From an uncultured bacterium (GTDB lineage Bacteria > Gemmatimonadota > Gemmatimonadetes > Gemmatimonadales > Gemmatimonadaceae), in the NCBI GenBank assembly GCA_963978095.1, contig CAXBQP010000001.1, positions 89,095-153,094 on the forward strand: 64,000 nt of DNA, given 5' to 3'. The notes under the pieces are model-generated. The model did not search any database and had not been told where the DNA came from. It saw nothing but the letters and a program-made list of their open reading frames with translations. The translations under genes and the position numbers were made by a program. Of this stretch, positions 1 through 9,238 are shown piece after piece; position 1 is the stretch's first letter; each line of letters begins with the position of its first letter.

Positions 1-237
1 GTCTCGCTGCAGGTGGATCACATCCTCACCAGCGGCGCCGGCAAGACGGCGATGGACGGAGCGGATCGGCTCCACGCGCTCGTGGAGCGGGCCGGCGATC
101 GGGTCGAGATCATCGCTGGCGGATCGGTGTCGGCGGAGAATGTCGTGGATCTCGTGGCGCGCACCGGTGTGCGCGCCGTGCACGGGCGCGCCTTCCGTGG
201 GGTCCCGCAACGCCTGCGCCCCGTCCATCACTCGTAA
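1..237 (+). CDS. cutC: Copper homeostasis protein CutC, C-terminal fragment (5' end lies outside the window)
   Basis: The frame is open from nt 1. The sequence '..ILTSGAGKTAMDGADRLHALVERAGDRVEIIAGGSVSAENV..TGVRAVHG' matches the CutC C-terminal TIM-barrel pattern as I recall it. Confidence 0.6.
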   Translation, partial: VSLQVDHILTSGAGKTAMDGADRLHALVERAGDRVEIIAGGSVSAENVVDLVARTGVRAVHGRAFRGVPQRLRPVHHS

Positions 238-243
238 CCACGC

Positions 244-1194
244 ATGCGTCGTACGCTGGTCATACTGCTCGGAGCGCTGGTGCTCACCACGGGCGGGTTC
301 ATCGCTGCCACCTGGGCGCCGGACAGGACGGTCGCCGAGTTGCAACCCAAATGGGCCCCCGCCCCATCGCGCTTCATTGCGATCCGCGGGATGCAGGCGC
401 ATGTTCGCGACGAGGGACCGCGCGAGGATCCCGAACCGATCGTGTTGCTGCACGGAACGTCGTCGAGCCTTCACACCTGGGACGGATGGGCCGACGCACT
501 GCGATCGACGCGCCGCGTGATTCGCATGGATCTTCCAGGCTTCGGGCTGACAGGTCCGGCGCCGGACCAGGACTACACGATCGGATCCTACGTGCGTTTC
601 GTCCAAGCCGTCCTCGACTCGCTGGGCGTCACCCGATCCGTGCTGATCGGCAACTCACTCGGCGGACAGATCGCCTGGAATCTCGCCCTCGCCGATCGCG
701 CGCGCGTCACGAGGCTCGTGCTGGTTGACGCAGCGGGTTTCCCCATCAACTCGACGTCGGTGCCCATCGGATTCCGCCTCGCGCGGAGTGCCGTCGGGGG
801 AAAGTTGATGCGCTACCTGCTTCCGCGCTTCATTGTCGAGTCGAGCGTGCGGAATGTGTTTGGCGACCCCGCGAAGGTCACGCCGGAGTTGGTCGATCGC
901 TATTACGATCTGACCTTGCGCGCGGGGAACCGCGCCGCCATCGTGGCCCGTTTCCAGCAATCGAGTGCACCGTCACCGGTGGACCGGTTACCTGAGCTTC
1001 TGATGCCGACGCTGATTCTCTGGGGGGACCGCGACCGGTTGATTGCCCCTGCGACGGCCGAACGCTTTCGGCAATCGATCCCGGGAAGCCGCGTCATCCG
1101 GTTCGCGGCGCTGGGACATGTTCCCCACGAGGAGGATCCCGTGTCCACGTTGCCGCCGCTCCGGGAATTCCTCGCATCGGCCCTCACGCATTAG
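244..1194 (+). CDS. alpha/beta-fold hydrolase with N-terminal membrane anchor
   Basis: 316-aa ORF with a hydrophobic N-terminus, 'LLHGTSSSLHTWD', the nucleophile elbow 'GNSLGG' and a C-terminal 'GHVPHEE'. Confidence 0.8.
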   Translation: MRRTLVILLGALVLTTGGFIAATWAPDRTVAELQPKWAPAPSRFIAIRGMQAHVRDEGPREDPEPIVLLHGTSSSLHTWDGWADALRSTRRVIRMDLPGFGLTGPAPDQDYTIGSYVRFVQAVLDSLGVTRSVLIGNSLGGQIAWNLALADRARVTRLVLVDAAGFPINSTSVPIGFRLARSAVGGKLMRYLLPRFIVESSVRNVFGDPAKVTPELVDRYYDLTLRAGNRAAIVARFQQSSAPSPVDRLPELLMPTLILWGDRDRLIAPATAERFRQSIPGSRVIRFAALGHVPHEEDPVSTLPPLREFLASALTH

Positions 1195-1415
1195 GATCTC
1201 CCTCGCGGAAACGGTCGGCCCGTTGGCCGGACGCGCGCACCAGGGGACTGCGGCGTCACCGGCGCGGACGCTGTCTGGTGCGATTCTTGCGGTATTTCCC
1301 TGCAACCGGGTACAGCGGTCGGCACCCGCACCTCGACCGCACCGCCAAGAATCCTTTCAAGTCATTGATTTGCAATGTTTTACGGAAACATCACTCGAAT
1401 CGGGACTGTCCGCTC

Positions 1416-3479
1416 GTGACCCCGCACCTCCAAGACATACTGAAGGACGGCGGTCATATTGCGGCGGATCCGCGGGCAGCGGCGGCCGAAACGGCGCTCC
1501 GCGTCCAGTCGCGGCACATTCATCTCCTGTACTTTTCCGACCCGCTCTGCTCCTCCTGCCGAGTCGTCGATCCGTACCTCGCGAGCTTGGTGGAGTTGTA
1601 TGACGGGTTGGTGAAGATTGACGTCAAACTCGGCGGCATGGTCAAGTCGTGGGATGCCCTGCCCCCGATGGACCCGAACTGCGGCAACGGCGAGTCGGTG
1701 GCCTGCCTGTGGGAGCGCCTCAGTGCGGAGCATGGGGTGCAGATGGACAGCGCCATCTGGCGGCGCCGCCCCGTGAAATCGTCCTACCCCGCGTCGATCG
1801 CGTACCACGCGGCGATGGCGCAGGACCCCAAGAACAGTTTCCGATTCCTGCAGATCATCCGCGACCTCCTGTTCCTCGAGGGCAAGGACATCAGCGAGGA
1901 GCGCATCCTCGTCACCGCGGCGATTCGGAGTGGACTCAATGTGCCGCGATTCGTGCGCGCGCTGCGCGATGGCTCGGCTGCCGACGCGTTCGCCCGTGAC
2001 ATTCGCGACGCCGAAAAATGGAAGGTGCGCCGCTTCCCGACGCTGGTCTTCATCAACGACCAAGGGGACAGCATCACCGACACCTCGTTCCTCAACGAGA
2101 CGTCGGCTGACGATGCCTTGGCCCATTGGGGCGGGATCATCCGCGAGCTCACCCATGTCGACGCACCAGACGTCAAGCCGCGCGCCGATCTGATTGAACT
2201 GCTGGAGGAGTTCCCGGGCTTGTCGTCACGAGAGATCGCCATTCGTTGCGGCATCCCCGTGGAACGCGCCGAGGCCCGCCTCGCGACCCTCTGGAAGCAT
2301 GGGCGCGTCATTCGTGAGGATCTCGCGCACGCGGAACACTGGAGGTCCAACAGCACGCCCTATCGCATCCGTCGTGATCATGCCCCGGTGCGAACCGCGG
2401 CGATCATCGGGGGCGGCATTGCCGGATATGCCGCGGCCCGCAGCCTCGCGCAGCAAGGCGTCGATGTCCGGGTGTTCGACCGGCAGCGTCGTTCCGCGAG
2501 CCAGGGGTTCGGGTTCCTTCTGCTCAAGAACGGCATCGATGCGATCGACGCGCTCGGCCTCCGCTCCGACCTGTTGCGACGCGGCAATCCGATCAATCGA
2601 TTCCGCGCGATCCTGCCGAGCGGCGAGGAGGCCTATCAGCGCCAGTTGGACGACTGCCTGAGCATGCGGCGTGAGGATTTGGTGGACATGTTGCGGGAGT
2701 CGAGTGGCGCCCGAGAGATCCGGCATGATGCGGCGTTCGCCGGCTTCCTGCACGCCGACGACGACCGCATCTCGGGCGTTCGCTTCGTCGATGGCACCAG
2801 CGTGGAAGCCGATATCGTGCTCGCGAGTGACGGGGTGCGCTCGTCCGTGCGTCATGCGCTCTTCCCGCAGCACCGCCTCGTCCCTGTGGGAGAACGGGAG
2901 ATCGTGGGAATGGTGTATCTGCCCGACCTCGACGTGCCGCAGGACGAATTCGTGAAGGTGGTCGACGCCACCGGCGGCAAGTGCATGGGGATGATCCCGA
3001 TGGGCGACGGTCACTACATCTGGTTCCTGCAGTTCAATCAGCTGGAGGATCCGCTGGAAGACGGATCGGGCGAGTCGATGCGAGCCTTCCTCACGCGGGC
3101 CGGGCGCGACTATCCCCACGCGTTCGCGCAGATCATCGCACACAACGATTTTTCAACGAGCTTCCTCTGGATCTCGGAGCGCATGGACCTGTTGCCCGCC
3201 TTCTCGTTCGGCTCCGTCGCGCTGCTGGGCGACGCGGCGCACCCCTTGCTGGCCTTCACCAGCCAAGGGGCGAACTCCGCGCTCGAGGACGCCGCATGCC
3301 TGGCCGCGCTCCTCTCGAGGAAACAAGAGGAGGAGCCGGCCTCGGAGATCTTCCATCGCTACTACCGCAAGCGCGAGCCCAACATCCGGCGCTACATTGC
3401 CGAGGGCGACCAGCTGGTCGAGCAGTTCATGAATCTGAAGCGCGACCGGAACTTCCAGCTTCCCCTCTCGCTCCATTGA
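1416..3479 (+). CDS. Fusion protein: DsbA-like thioredoxin fold (CSSC), winged-helix segment and FAD-dependent monooxygenase
   Basis: Single uninterrupted ORF. It contains 'LLYFSDPLCSSCR' (DsbA/SpxH-like CxxC), 'IIGGGIAGYAAARSL' (FAD GxGxxG), 'DGVRSSVR' and 'GDAAHP'. The longest ORF begins at GTG 1278, but an AT-rich promoter-like island at 1360-1400 argues for the downstream in-frame GTG 1416. The start is uncertain. Confidence 0.6.
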   Translation: MTPHLQDILKDGGHIAADPRAAAAETALRVQSRHIHLLYFSDPLCSSCRVVDPYLASLVELYDGLVKIDVKLGGMVKSWDALPPMDPNCGNGESVACLWERLSAEHGVQMDSAIWRRRPVKSSYPASIAYHAAMAQDPKNSFRFLQIIRDLLFLEGKDISEERILVTAAIRSGLNVPRFVRALRDGSAADAFARDIRDAEKWKVRRFPTLVFINDQGDSITDTSFLNETSADDALAHWGGIIRELTHVDAPDVKPRADLIELLEEFPGLSSREIAIRCGIPVERAEARLATLWKHGRVIREDLAHAEHWRSNSTPYRIRRDHAPVRTAAIIGGGIAGYAAARSLAQQGVDVRVFDRQRRSASQGFGFLLLKNGIDAIDALGLRSDLLRRGNPINRFRAILPSGEEAYQRQLDDCLSMRREDLVDMLRESSGAREIRHDAAFAGFLHADDDRISGVRFVDGTSVEADIVLASDGVRSSVRHALFPQHRLVPVGEREIVGMVYLPDLDVPQDEFVKVVDATGGKCMGMIPMGDGHYIWFLQFNQLEDPLEDGSGESMRAFLTRAGRDYPHAFAQIIAHNDFSTSFLWISERMDLLPAFSFGSVALLGDAAHPLLAFTSQGANSALEDAACLAALLSRKQEEEPASEIFHRYYRKREPNIRRYIAEGDQLVEQFMNLKRDRNFQLPLSLH

Positions 3480-3481
3480 CC

Positions 3482-4657
3482 GTGACGTTCTTCGACAGCG
3501 ACAACGTTCGACTCGACCTCCTCCGCCAGCGGGCGTACAACTACCGCTGGGCGGTGCATCCGGCGGACGTCATCCCGTTGACGGCGGCTGATCCGGACTT
3601 CGCGGTCGCGCCGCCGATCACCGAGGCATTGGTGCGGCATGTCACCGACGGCTACCACTCCTATGGCCCGCCCCGTGGACTTCCGGAGTTCCGCGAGGCG
3701 ATTGCCGCCTGGTACACGCGCACGAAGCTGTCGCCGGTGGACGTCGCCCACGTTCTGCCCGTCAACAGTGCCGCGGGCGGACTCTTCGTCGCGGCGCGGA
3801 CGATCCTCGGTCCCGGCGACAACGCCATCATTCCGGACCCGGTCGATTTCCTGTTCCGCCGATCCATCGAAGCGGCTGGCGCGACCGTACGCACCTGCCC
3901 GCTCCCCGAGCACTCCGCCGAGTTCGATCTGGACTCCCTGACGTCGCTGATCGATGACCGGACGCGGGCCATCTTCATTTGCAATCCGCACAATCCGCGC
4001 GGGCGCATGCTCTCCGCGGCGCATCTGCTCGCCGTCGTGACACTCGCCGAGCGGCACGGGCTGTGGGTGGTGAGCGACGAGATCTGGGCCGACATCTCGT
4101 ACGCGACGCCCTTCGTCAGCATCTTGGACCGCGCACTCCCGGTGTATCCCAAGACGATCGTCGTGTCAGGGCTCTCCAAGAATTTCGCGTTGGCCGCCAT
4201 GCGCATCGGCTATCTGATCGCCCGCACCGACGAGATCACCACGCGCCTCTTCGATGCCTCGCAGCATGCGACGACCGCCGCGGGGATTCCTGTGCTCTCG
4301 CAGGTGGCCGGCACGGCCGCGCTGACCGCGTGCGATGCCTGGCTGGGGGAGTTCCGGGCGCATCTGGCTGCTCGACGCGCGCAGACGCTCGCGTTCATCG
4401 CCGAGATGCCTTTTCTCGCCCCGGTGGACACGAATGCCACCTATCTGGCATTTCCGCGTCTGGTGGGCGTCCGCGACACGGCAGACGCATTCGTCGCGCG
4501 GGTGCTCGCGGAGAGCCGCGTCGCGCTCGTGCCGGGTGGTCGCGACTGGTTCGAGGCAGGCTCGGAAGGGCATCTGCGCATCTGCTTCGCGACATCCGAA
4601 GACATCCTCAAGGTCGCCTTCGATCGCATCACCTGCGCCCTGCCGAAACTCACGTAG
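3482..4657 (+). CDS. PLP-dependent aminotransferase, class I/II
   Basis: In-frame GTG 2 nt after the upstream stop. Motifs 'NPHNPRG' and 'SGLSKNFALAAMRIGY' (PLP lysine). The ORF-track N-terminal extension from 2981 overlaps the previous gene and is rejected. Confidence 0.8.
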   Translation: MTFFDSDNVRLDLLRQRAYNYRWAVHPADVIPLTAADPDFAVAPPITEALVRHVTDGYHSYGPPRGLPEFREAIAAWYTRTKLSPVDVAHVLPVNSAAGGLFVAARTILGPGDNAIIPDPVDFLFRRSIEAAGATVRTCPLPEHSAEFDLDSLTSLIDDRTRAIFICNPHNPRGRMLSAAHLLAVVTLAERHGLWVVSDEIWADISYATPFVSILDRALPVYPKTIVVSGLSKNFALAAMRIGYLIARTDEITTRLFDASQHATTAAGIPVLSQVAGTAALTACDAWLGEFRAHLAARRAQTLAFIAEMPFLAPVDTNATYLAFPRLVGVRDTADAFVARVLAESRVALVPGGRDWFEAGSEGHLRICFATSEDILKVAFDRITCALPKLT

Positions 4658-4687
4658 CGCGGGGACGCGTCGCCCGCCTGCCCCAGG

Positions 4688-5617
4688 TCACCCCGGCAGC
4701 ATCGACCGCACGACGAACCAGACGTTCGCGGGCCGTTCGGCAAGGCGACGCATGTACCACTTGTACCACGAGCTGCCGTAGCTGATCAACGTCTTCACCG
4801 TGCGCCCGTCGCGCACGAGCCGGGCTTGGTCGGCATCGCGGATCCCGTACAGCATGTGGATCTCGTACTTGCCATCGGCCACGCCGATCTCCTTGGCCGC
4901 GGCGACAATGCGGTCGACGAGCGGAATGTCGTGCGTGCCGAAGATGGGGAAACAGTTGCCCTTGGCCGCCTGCTGCAGCATCGTCACGGCCACCTCGTAA
5001 TACGCACGGTCCGTATCGGCTTTGACCGGGAACGCGATATGCGCGGGCTCGGCATATGCCCCTTTCACGAGCCGGACGATCGGTTGGACCGCCATCAGGC
5101 GCTCGATATCCTGCGGCGTGCGCAGCAGGTACGCTTGAATGGCGAGACCGCAGTTGGGATAGGCGCGCTTCACGTTCTCATAGAGCGCCAGCGTGCGGTC
5201 CACGTAACTCGAGTCCTCCATGTCGATCCACAGGATCGAGCCGCATGCCGCGGCCTTTGCCGCCAGCACATCGAGATGCGTCGCGCAGGTCTCCGGTGAG
5301 AGATCGAGACCAAGCTGGGTCGGCTTCACCGACACATGGCCGTCGATGCCGCGCGCCTGGATCATGTCGTAAAACGTCAGATAGTGGTCGCGGACGGCAT
5401 CAGCCTCGTCGAGACGGGTGAGGTTCTCCCCGAGTTTCGTGAACACGGTCCCCCGTCCGCCGCGCCCCAAGACCTGCGCGGCATCCAACGCGTCCTCCGG
5501 CGCTTCGCCCGGCATGAACTTCTTGACGGCACGCTTCACGAACCCGCGATGCAACGCCTGATCGTTCAAGAAGGCGCTCTTGGACATCGCCAACAAAATG
5601 CTTCGACCGATTCCCAT
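4688..5617 (-). CDS. Proline dehydrogenase family protein
   Basis: 309-aa ORF with a monofunctional PutA-like/ProDH pattern: 'VSVKPTQLGL', 'IDMEDSSYVD', 'VRLVKGAY', 'FGTHD'. Confidence 0.8.
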   Translation of the reverse strand: MGIGRSILLAMSKSAFLNDQALHRGFVKRAVKKFMPGEAPEDALDAAQVLGRGGRGTVFTKLGENLTRLDEADAVRDHYLTFYDMIQARGIDGHVSVKPTQLGLDLSPETCATHLDVLAAKAAACGSILWIDMEDSSYVDRTLALYENVKRAYPNCGLAIQAYLLRTPQDIERLMAVQPIVRLVKGAYAEPAHIAFPVKADTDRAYYEVAVTMLQQAAKGNCFPIFGTHDIPLVDRIVAAAKEIGVADGKYEIHMLYGIRDADQARLVRDGRTVKTLISYGSSWYKWYMRRLAERPANVWFVVRSMLPG

Positions 5618-5682
5618 GACCTAGTCTCCTGGTGGCGCGCCCTGCACAGGCGCCAGTCCTTCGATCCCCTGAGGCGAGAGGC

Positions 5683-6915
5683 TCAGGGCGTCCACTTCCC
5701 CTTCGCGACCGCCGGCACGAACGTGTCGACGCCGCGCGGCGGGAACGACAGCGTCTTCTCCTGCTCGGCGCTCTGATAGGCGGCCATCAACATTTTCACG
5801 ACGTCGACGCCGTCATCCCACGTGAGCAGCGGCGTCTCCTTGCCCTGGAACACCCGCACGAAGTGGCGATCCTCGCCGGTATAGCCGTACGCACTGTACT
5901 CCTCCGGCACGACGGGCATGACCCCCTGCTCGGCGTTCTGCTTCTCCACCAGATCCTCGCCGGCACGCCCCGTGACTTCGCGGCTGAAGAACAGCTGCAG
6001 GCCACTGTCGAGCGAATTCCATTTCATCGAATACTCGGGACCGAGCAGTTCGGCGGAGAGACGCAACCCCGCGCCGACGAAGCTCCAACTCGTGCTCGCC
6101 TCACCGATGGCGCGTCCGCCGGGCGTGTCGAACTCGATCATGACGCTCGCGAAGTCCTCGCTCGGCGTCTTCGCGTAGTCCACCCCCATGCGTTTCTTGA
6201 GCTGCTTGGTGTAGTGCGGACGAGACCACTTCAGACTCGCGATGTGTCCCGTGACCTTGACCGGTTTCACCGTGGCCAGGGCCTCGCCGGGCTTGCAGAG
6301 CAGATAGCGGACGACGAGCGCCGAATGGCACATCATGTCGTTGAGCACACCGCCGCCCTGCAAGCGGCCGTTCCAGAACCAAGGCATGTGGGGGCCACTG
6401 TGCTCCTCCGCGGCGCGCGCCAGATATGGACGCCCGGTGGTGGCAGCGCCGCGTGCCCACAGCAAGTTCTTGCCGGCCTCCACATGCGGAGCCCAGAGCT
6501 GGTTCTCCAGATACCCGTGGGCGAGCCCGACACTCTTGACCAGTTTGGTGATGTACGTCGCTTCCGCGACGTTTCGCGCCAGCGGTTTTTCGCAGGCGAT
6601 CCCCTTGAGCGTCCCCTTCCCTCCGCGGATCGCATGGACGATCTCCTCCACATTCTCGATCCGGGCTTGGTTCGGCCCCGTCAGCCAGATCGCCTCGATG
6701 GCCGGATCGGCCACCATGGCGGTGATGCTCGTGTACGCCTTCGCCGGCCCGATGTCGAGGGAACGGGCGAACGCGGCCGCCGATGCCGCGTTCTTGGCGT
6801 TGGGGCTCCACACGCCGAGGACATCGGCGTCACGCACGCCGCGCCATCCCAGCATGTGAAACCGGGCGTTGAAGCCGGAACCGATGAAGCCTACGCCAAG
6901 TCGGGAGTTGGACAT
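5683..6915 (-). CDS. Gfo/Idh/MocA family oxidoreductase
   Basis: Start 'MSNSRLGVGFIGSGFNARFH' carries the Rossmann GxGxxG and uses ATG 6915. The Arg-rich upstream extension of the ORF track is rejected. Confidence 0.8.
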   Translation of the reverse strand: MSNSRLGVGFIGSGFNARFHMLGWRGVRDADVLGVWSPNAKNAASAAAFARSLDIGPAKAYTSITAMVADPAIEAIWLTGPNQARIENVEEIVHAIRGGKGTLKGIACEKPLARNVAEATYITKLVKSVGLAHGYLENQLWAPHVEAGKNLLWARGAATTGRPYLARAAEEHSGPHMPWFWNGRLQGGGVLNDMMCHSALVVRYLLCKPGEALATVKPVKVTGHIASLKWSRPHYTKQLKKRMGVDYAKTPSEDFASVMIEFDTPGGRAIGEASTSWSFVGAGLRLSAELLGPEYSMKWNSLDSGLQLFFSREVTGRAGEDLVEKQNAEQGVMPVVPEEYSAYGYTGEDRHFVRVFQGKETPLLTWDDGVDVVKMLMAAYQSAEQEKTLSFPPRGVDTFVPAVAKGKWTP

Positions 6916-7006
6916 GGTCGGAAGAGATCGAGGAGGTGGTGACTGCCGTTGAAAACTATGAGACGGCACGCACGTCCAGAAGCGTCCATGAGGCGTGCTC
7001 GCGTCG

Positions 7007-7234
7007 TCACGCCTCGCGCTTGGGATACACCGTGCGTCCGCCGGTGACGGTCCGGACGACCTTGATGTCCTTGATGGTGTTCGGGTCCACGTCGTGGGGA
7101 TCCTTCTCGAGCAACACGAAATCCGCGAGCTTCCCCGCCGTGATCGAACCCTTGGCCAGTGGTGGCGCCGCGGCAGCACCGGCGATTAGCGCACTCATCC
7201 CCAGGAAATCCTTCCGCGTCACCTTCCTGCTCAT
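7007..7234 (-). pseudogene. Amidohydrolase remnant: Tat-like signal peptide fused in frame to the last ~45 aa of a metal-dependent amidohydrolase
   Basis: The 75-aa ORF begins '[24 protein letters not shown]' (signal). It continues directly with '[42 protein letters not shown]', the typical C-terminal strand of ~500-aa amidohydrolases. The catalytic barrel is missing. Confidence 0.55.
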
Positions 7235-7252
7235 CGCTGCACCCCCGGAGAG

Positions 7253-8608
7253 TTAGTGCCCCTCGCCGACGATCGCCGAGTAGACCAGGTCAGGGAACCT
7301 GGCGCGGATGTCGGCGCCACTGTTCGGCAGCATCTGCATCATGAACACGATGACCAAGCGTTCTTTGGGATCGACCCGGTACACGGTTCCGTAGGCGCCG
7401 CCCCACCCGAAGGCGCCGGGGTTCGCGAACCCGTTGGCCCCGAGGCGCTCCACGGTCTCGAATCCGAGTCCGAAGCCCATGGCACCATCGCCCGAGTACA
7501 AGGTGCCGAGCATGTTGTTCGTCATCAGCCGCACGGACGCTGGCGCAAGGATGCGCACATTCCCCGTGGCGCCTCCGCTCCGGATGCACTCCAGGAACTT
7601 CGCATAATCGAAGGCGGTGCTGACGAGTCCCGCGCCACCGGAATAATTCGCGCGCGGGCCATCGACATAATGTCCTTGGCCCTTGGCCCCGTCCGGGGCA
7701 CGACGGACACGCCCCGTGGAATCCGTGGTGTACACGGCCGTTAACCGTTCACGTTTGCCGCGGGGGAGGAAGAAATAGGTGTCCCGCATCCCGAGTGGGC
7801 GCGTGATGTGGTGCTCCAGGTACACCTCGAGGGGCTCGTGCGACACACGCTCGACCACACAGCCGAGGATGTCGAGGCTGTAGCCATACACGAACCCTTG
7901 CCCCGGTTGGGCCACGGCCGGGAGTGTCGCGAGCCGTTCCATCGTGGTACAGATCGGTTCCTCCTTGTCGGCCGTGTACCAACCGAACCCCGCGGCAGGA
8001 CCGAGCCCCTTGGCGGCGTAGAGCGGAGCGACGAGTTCGTCCGTACCGTAGGAATATCCCGATGTGTGCGTCAACAGGTCACGGATCGTGATCCGTCGCT
8101 TGGCCGGAACAATGACTCGGCCGCTGTCGGTCCGCATGGCGACGGTCGTGCGGTCGAAGGCCGGAATGAATCGACCGACAGGATCGCTCAGGGAGATCTT
8201 TCCCTGCTCGACCAGCTGCAGGATCGCCGCGCTCACGATCGACTTGGATTGCGAGGCGATCCGGAAGATCGCATCGCTCGTCATTTGACGGCCGATCTCC
8301 TTGTCGGCCCAGCCGACGGCGTGCTGGTACACGACCTTGCCGTCCCGCAGCACCAGCCCCACGGCACCGCTGATCCGTTGCTCATCGACGTACCGCTGCA
8401 TGAACGTGTCGATGCGCGCCAGCCGGTCGGTCGCAAAGCCGTTGTCGAGCGTCGTCCCGCCCTCGTCGCCGGCTGCTTTGCCGGTGCGAGTGACCGCGAT
8501 CTTCGCGGCCGGTTTTTTGGGTGCCGTCTTCTTCTGCCCCTGGACCGCCACGGCGGGAACGAGCGCGGCGAGCAGACCGAGCAGCAGTCGGCGGGATGAC
8601 CGCATCAC
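7253..8608 (-). CDS. Secreted serine hydrolase, beta-lactamase/PBP-like family
   Basis: Signal peptide 'MMRSSRRLLLGLLAALVPAVAVQG' and SxxK motif 'ASQSKS'. 451 aa. Confidence 0.8.
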   Translation of the reverse strand: MMRSSRRLLLGLLAALVPAVAVQGQKKTAPKKPAAKIAVTRTGKAAGDEGGTTLDNGFATDRLARIDTFMQRYVDEQRISGAVGLVLRDGKVVYQHAVGWADKEIGRQMTSDAIFRIASQSKSIVSAAILQLVEQGKISLSDPVGRFIPAFDRTTVAMRTDSGRVIVPAKRRITIRDLLTHTSGYSYGTDELVAPLYAAKGLGPAAGFGWYTADKEEPICTTMERLATLPAVAQPGQGFVYGYSLDILGCVVERVSHEPLEVYLEHHITRPLGMRDTYFFLPRGKRERLTAVYTTDSTGRVRRAPDGAKGQGHYVDGPRANYSGGAGLVSTAFDYAKFLECIRSGGATGNVRILAPASVRLMTNNMLGTLYSGDGAMGFGLGFETVERLGANGFANPGAFGWGGAYGTVYRVDPKERLVIVFMMQMLPNSGADIRARFPDLVYSAIVGEGH

Positions 8609-8614
8609 ACGCCG

Positions 8615-9238
8615 CTAGAACCGCGAAGGGATGCGCGTCTTCATCACATCATGGTCGACGCCCAGATGCTGCATTGCGGCCGGCGGGCAGCCGGGCCACG
8701 CAGGCAGCGCGACGTTGCCCATGTACTGCAGGTCCTTGACCCCCATCTGACTCGAGAAGAAACCGCTGGCCGTGAAGTCGCGCAGCCGATTGAAGTGCGC
8801 CACTCCTTCTGCCAGCTCCTTCTTGGCCGTCTTCGGCCACGCGATCTGGTCGAGCAGCTGCTTGCGCTGCTCGACCGAGCACTTGGCGAATGATTTGCTG
8901 AACGAGTTGTAGGCAAAGCCGTCGATCCAGCGCAGCGCCTCACGGGTGTTTTGATACGACGGATACTCGATGCAGATCCAATCCATGAACTCCGGCACGC
9001 CAGCCTCGGTCGCGCTGCCGGAGCGGGCATCCCGCGGGATGATCAAGTCCACGAGGATGCGCAGCGCCTGCCATTCATCCGGCTTGAAGAACTTGGGTAC
9101 GTACGGCGCGCCAAGCCCTGCGTTCTCCAGTGCGGCGGTCGCGTGGAGCGACGCTTTCATGGCGTCGACATTGGAGATCGGCACGAACGCGAGCGGCGCC
9201 ACCGCCGCCGCCTTGAGCATGTCACGACGCGTGGTCAT
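8615..9238 (-). CDS. Gluconate 2-dehydrogenase subunit 3 family protein (Tat signal)
   Basis: 'MTTRRDMLKAAAV' Tat signal. It overlaps the upstream GMC oxidoreductase by 4 bp, the typical small-subunit partner arrangement. Confidence 0.75.
   Translation of the reverse strand: MTTRRDMLKAAAVAPLAFVPISNVDAMKASLHATAALENAGLGAPYVPKFFKPDEWQALRILVDLIIPRDARSGSATEAGVPEFMDWICIEYPSYQNTREALRWIDGFAYNSFSKSFAKCSVEQRKQLLDQIAWPKTAKKELAEGVAHFNRLRDFTASGFFSSQMGVKDLQYMGNVALPAWPGCPPAAMQHLGVDHDVMKTRIPSRF

Noticed and set aside
1376-1390. TGTTTTACGGAAACA inverted repeat, considered as a possible PpsR-type site outside the PGC.
   Set aside because: The spacing is TGT-N9-ACA, not N12, and there is no tandem partner. 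It is probably an unrelated operator or just part of an AT-rich promoter.
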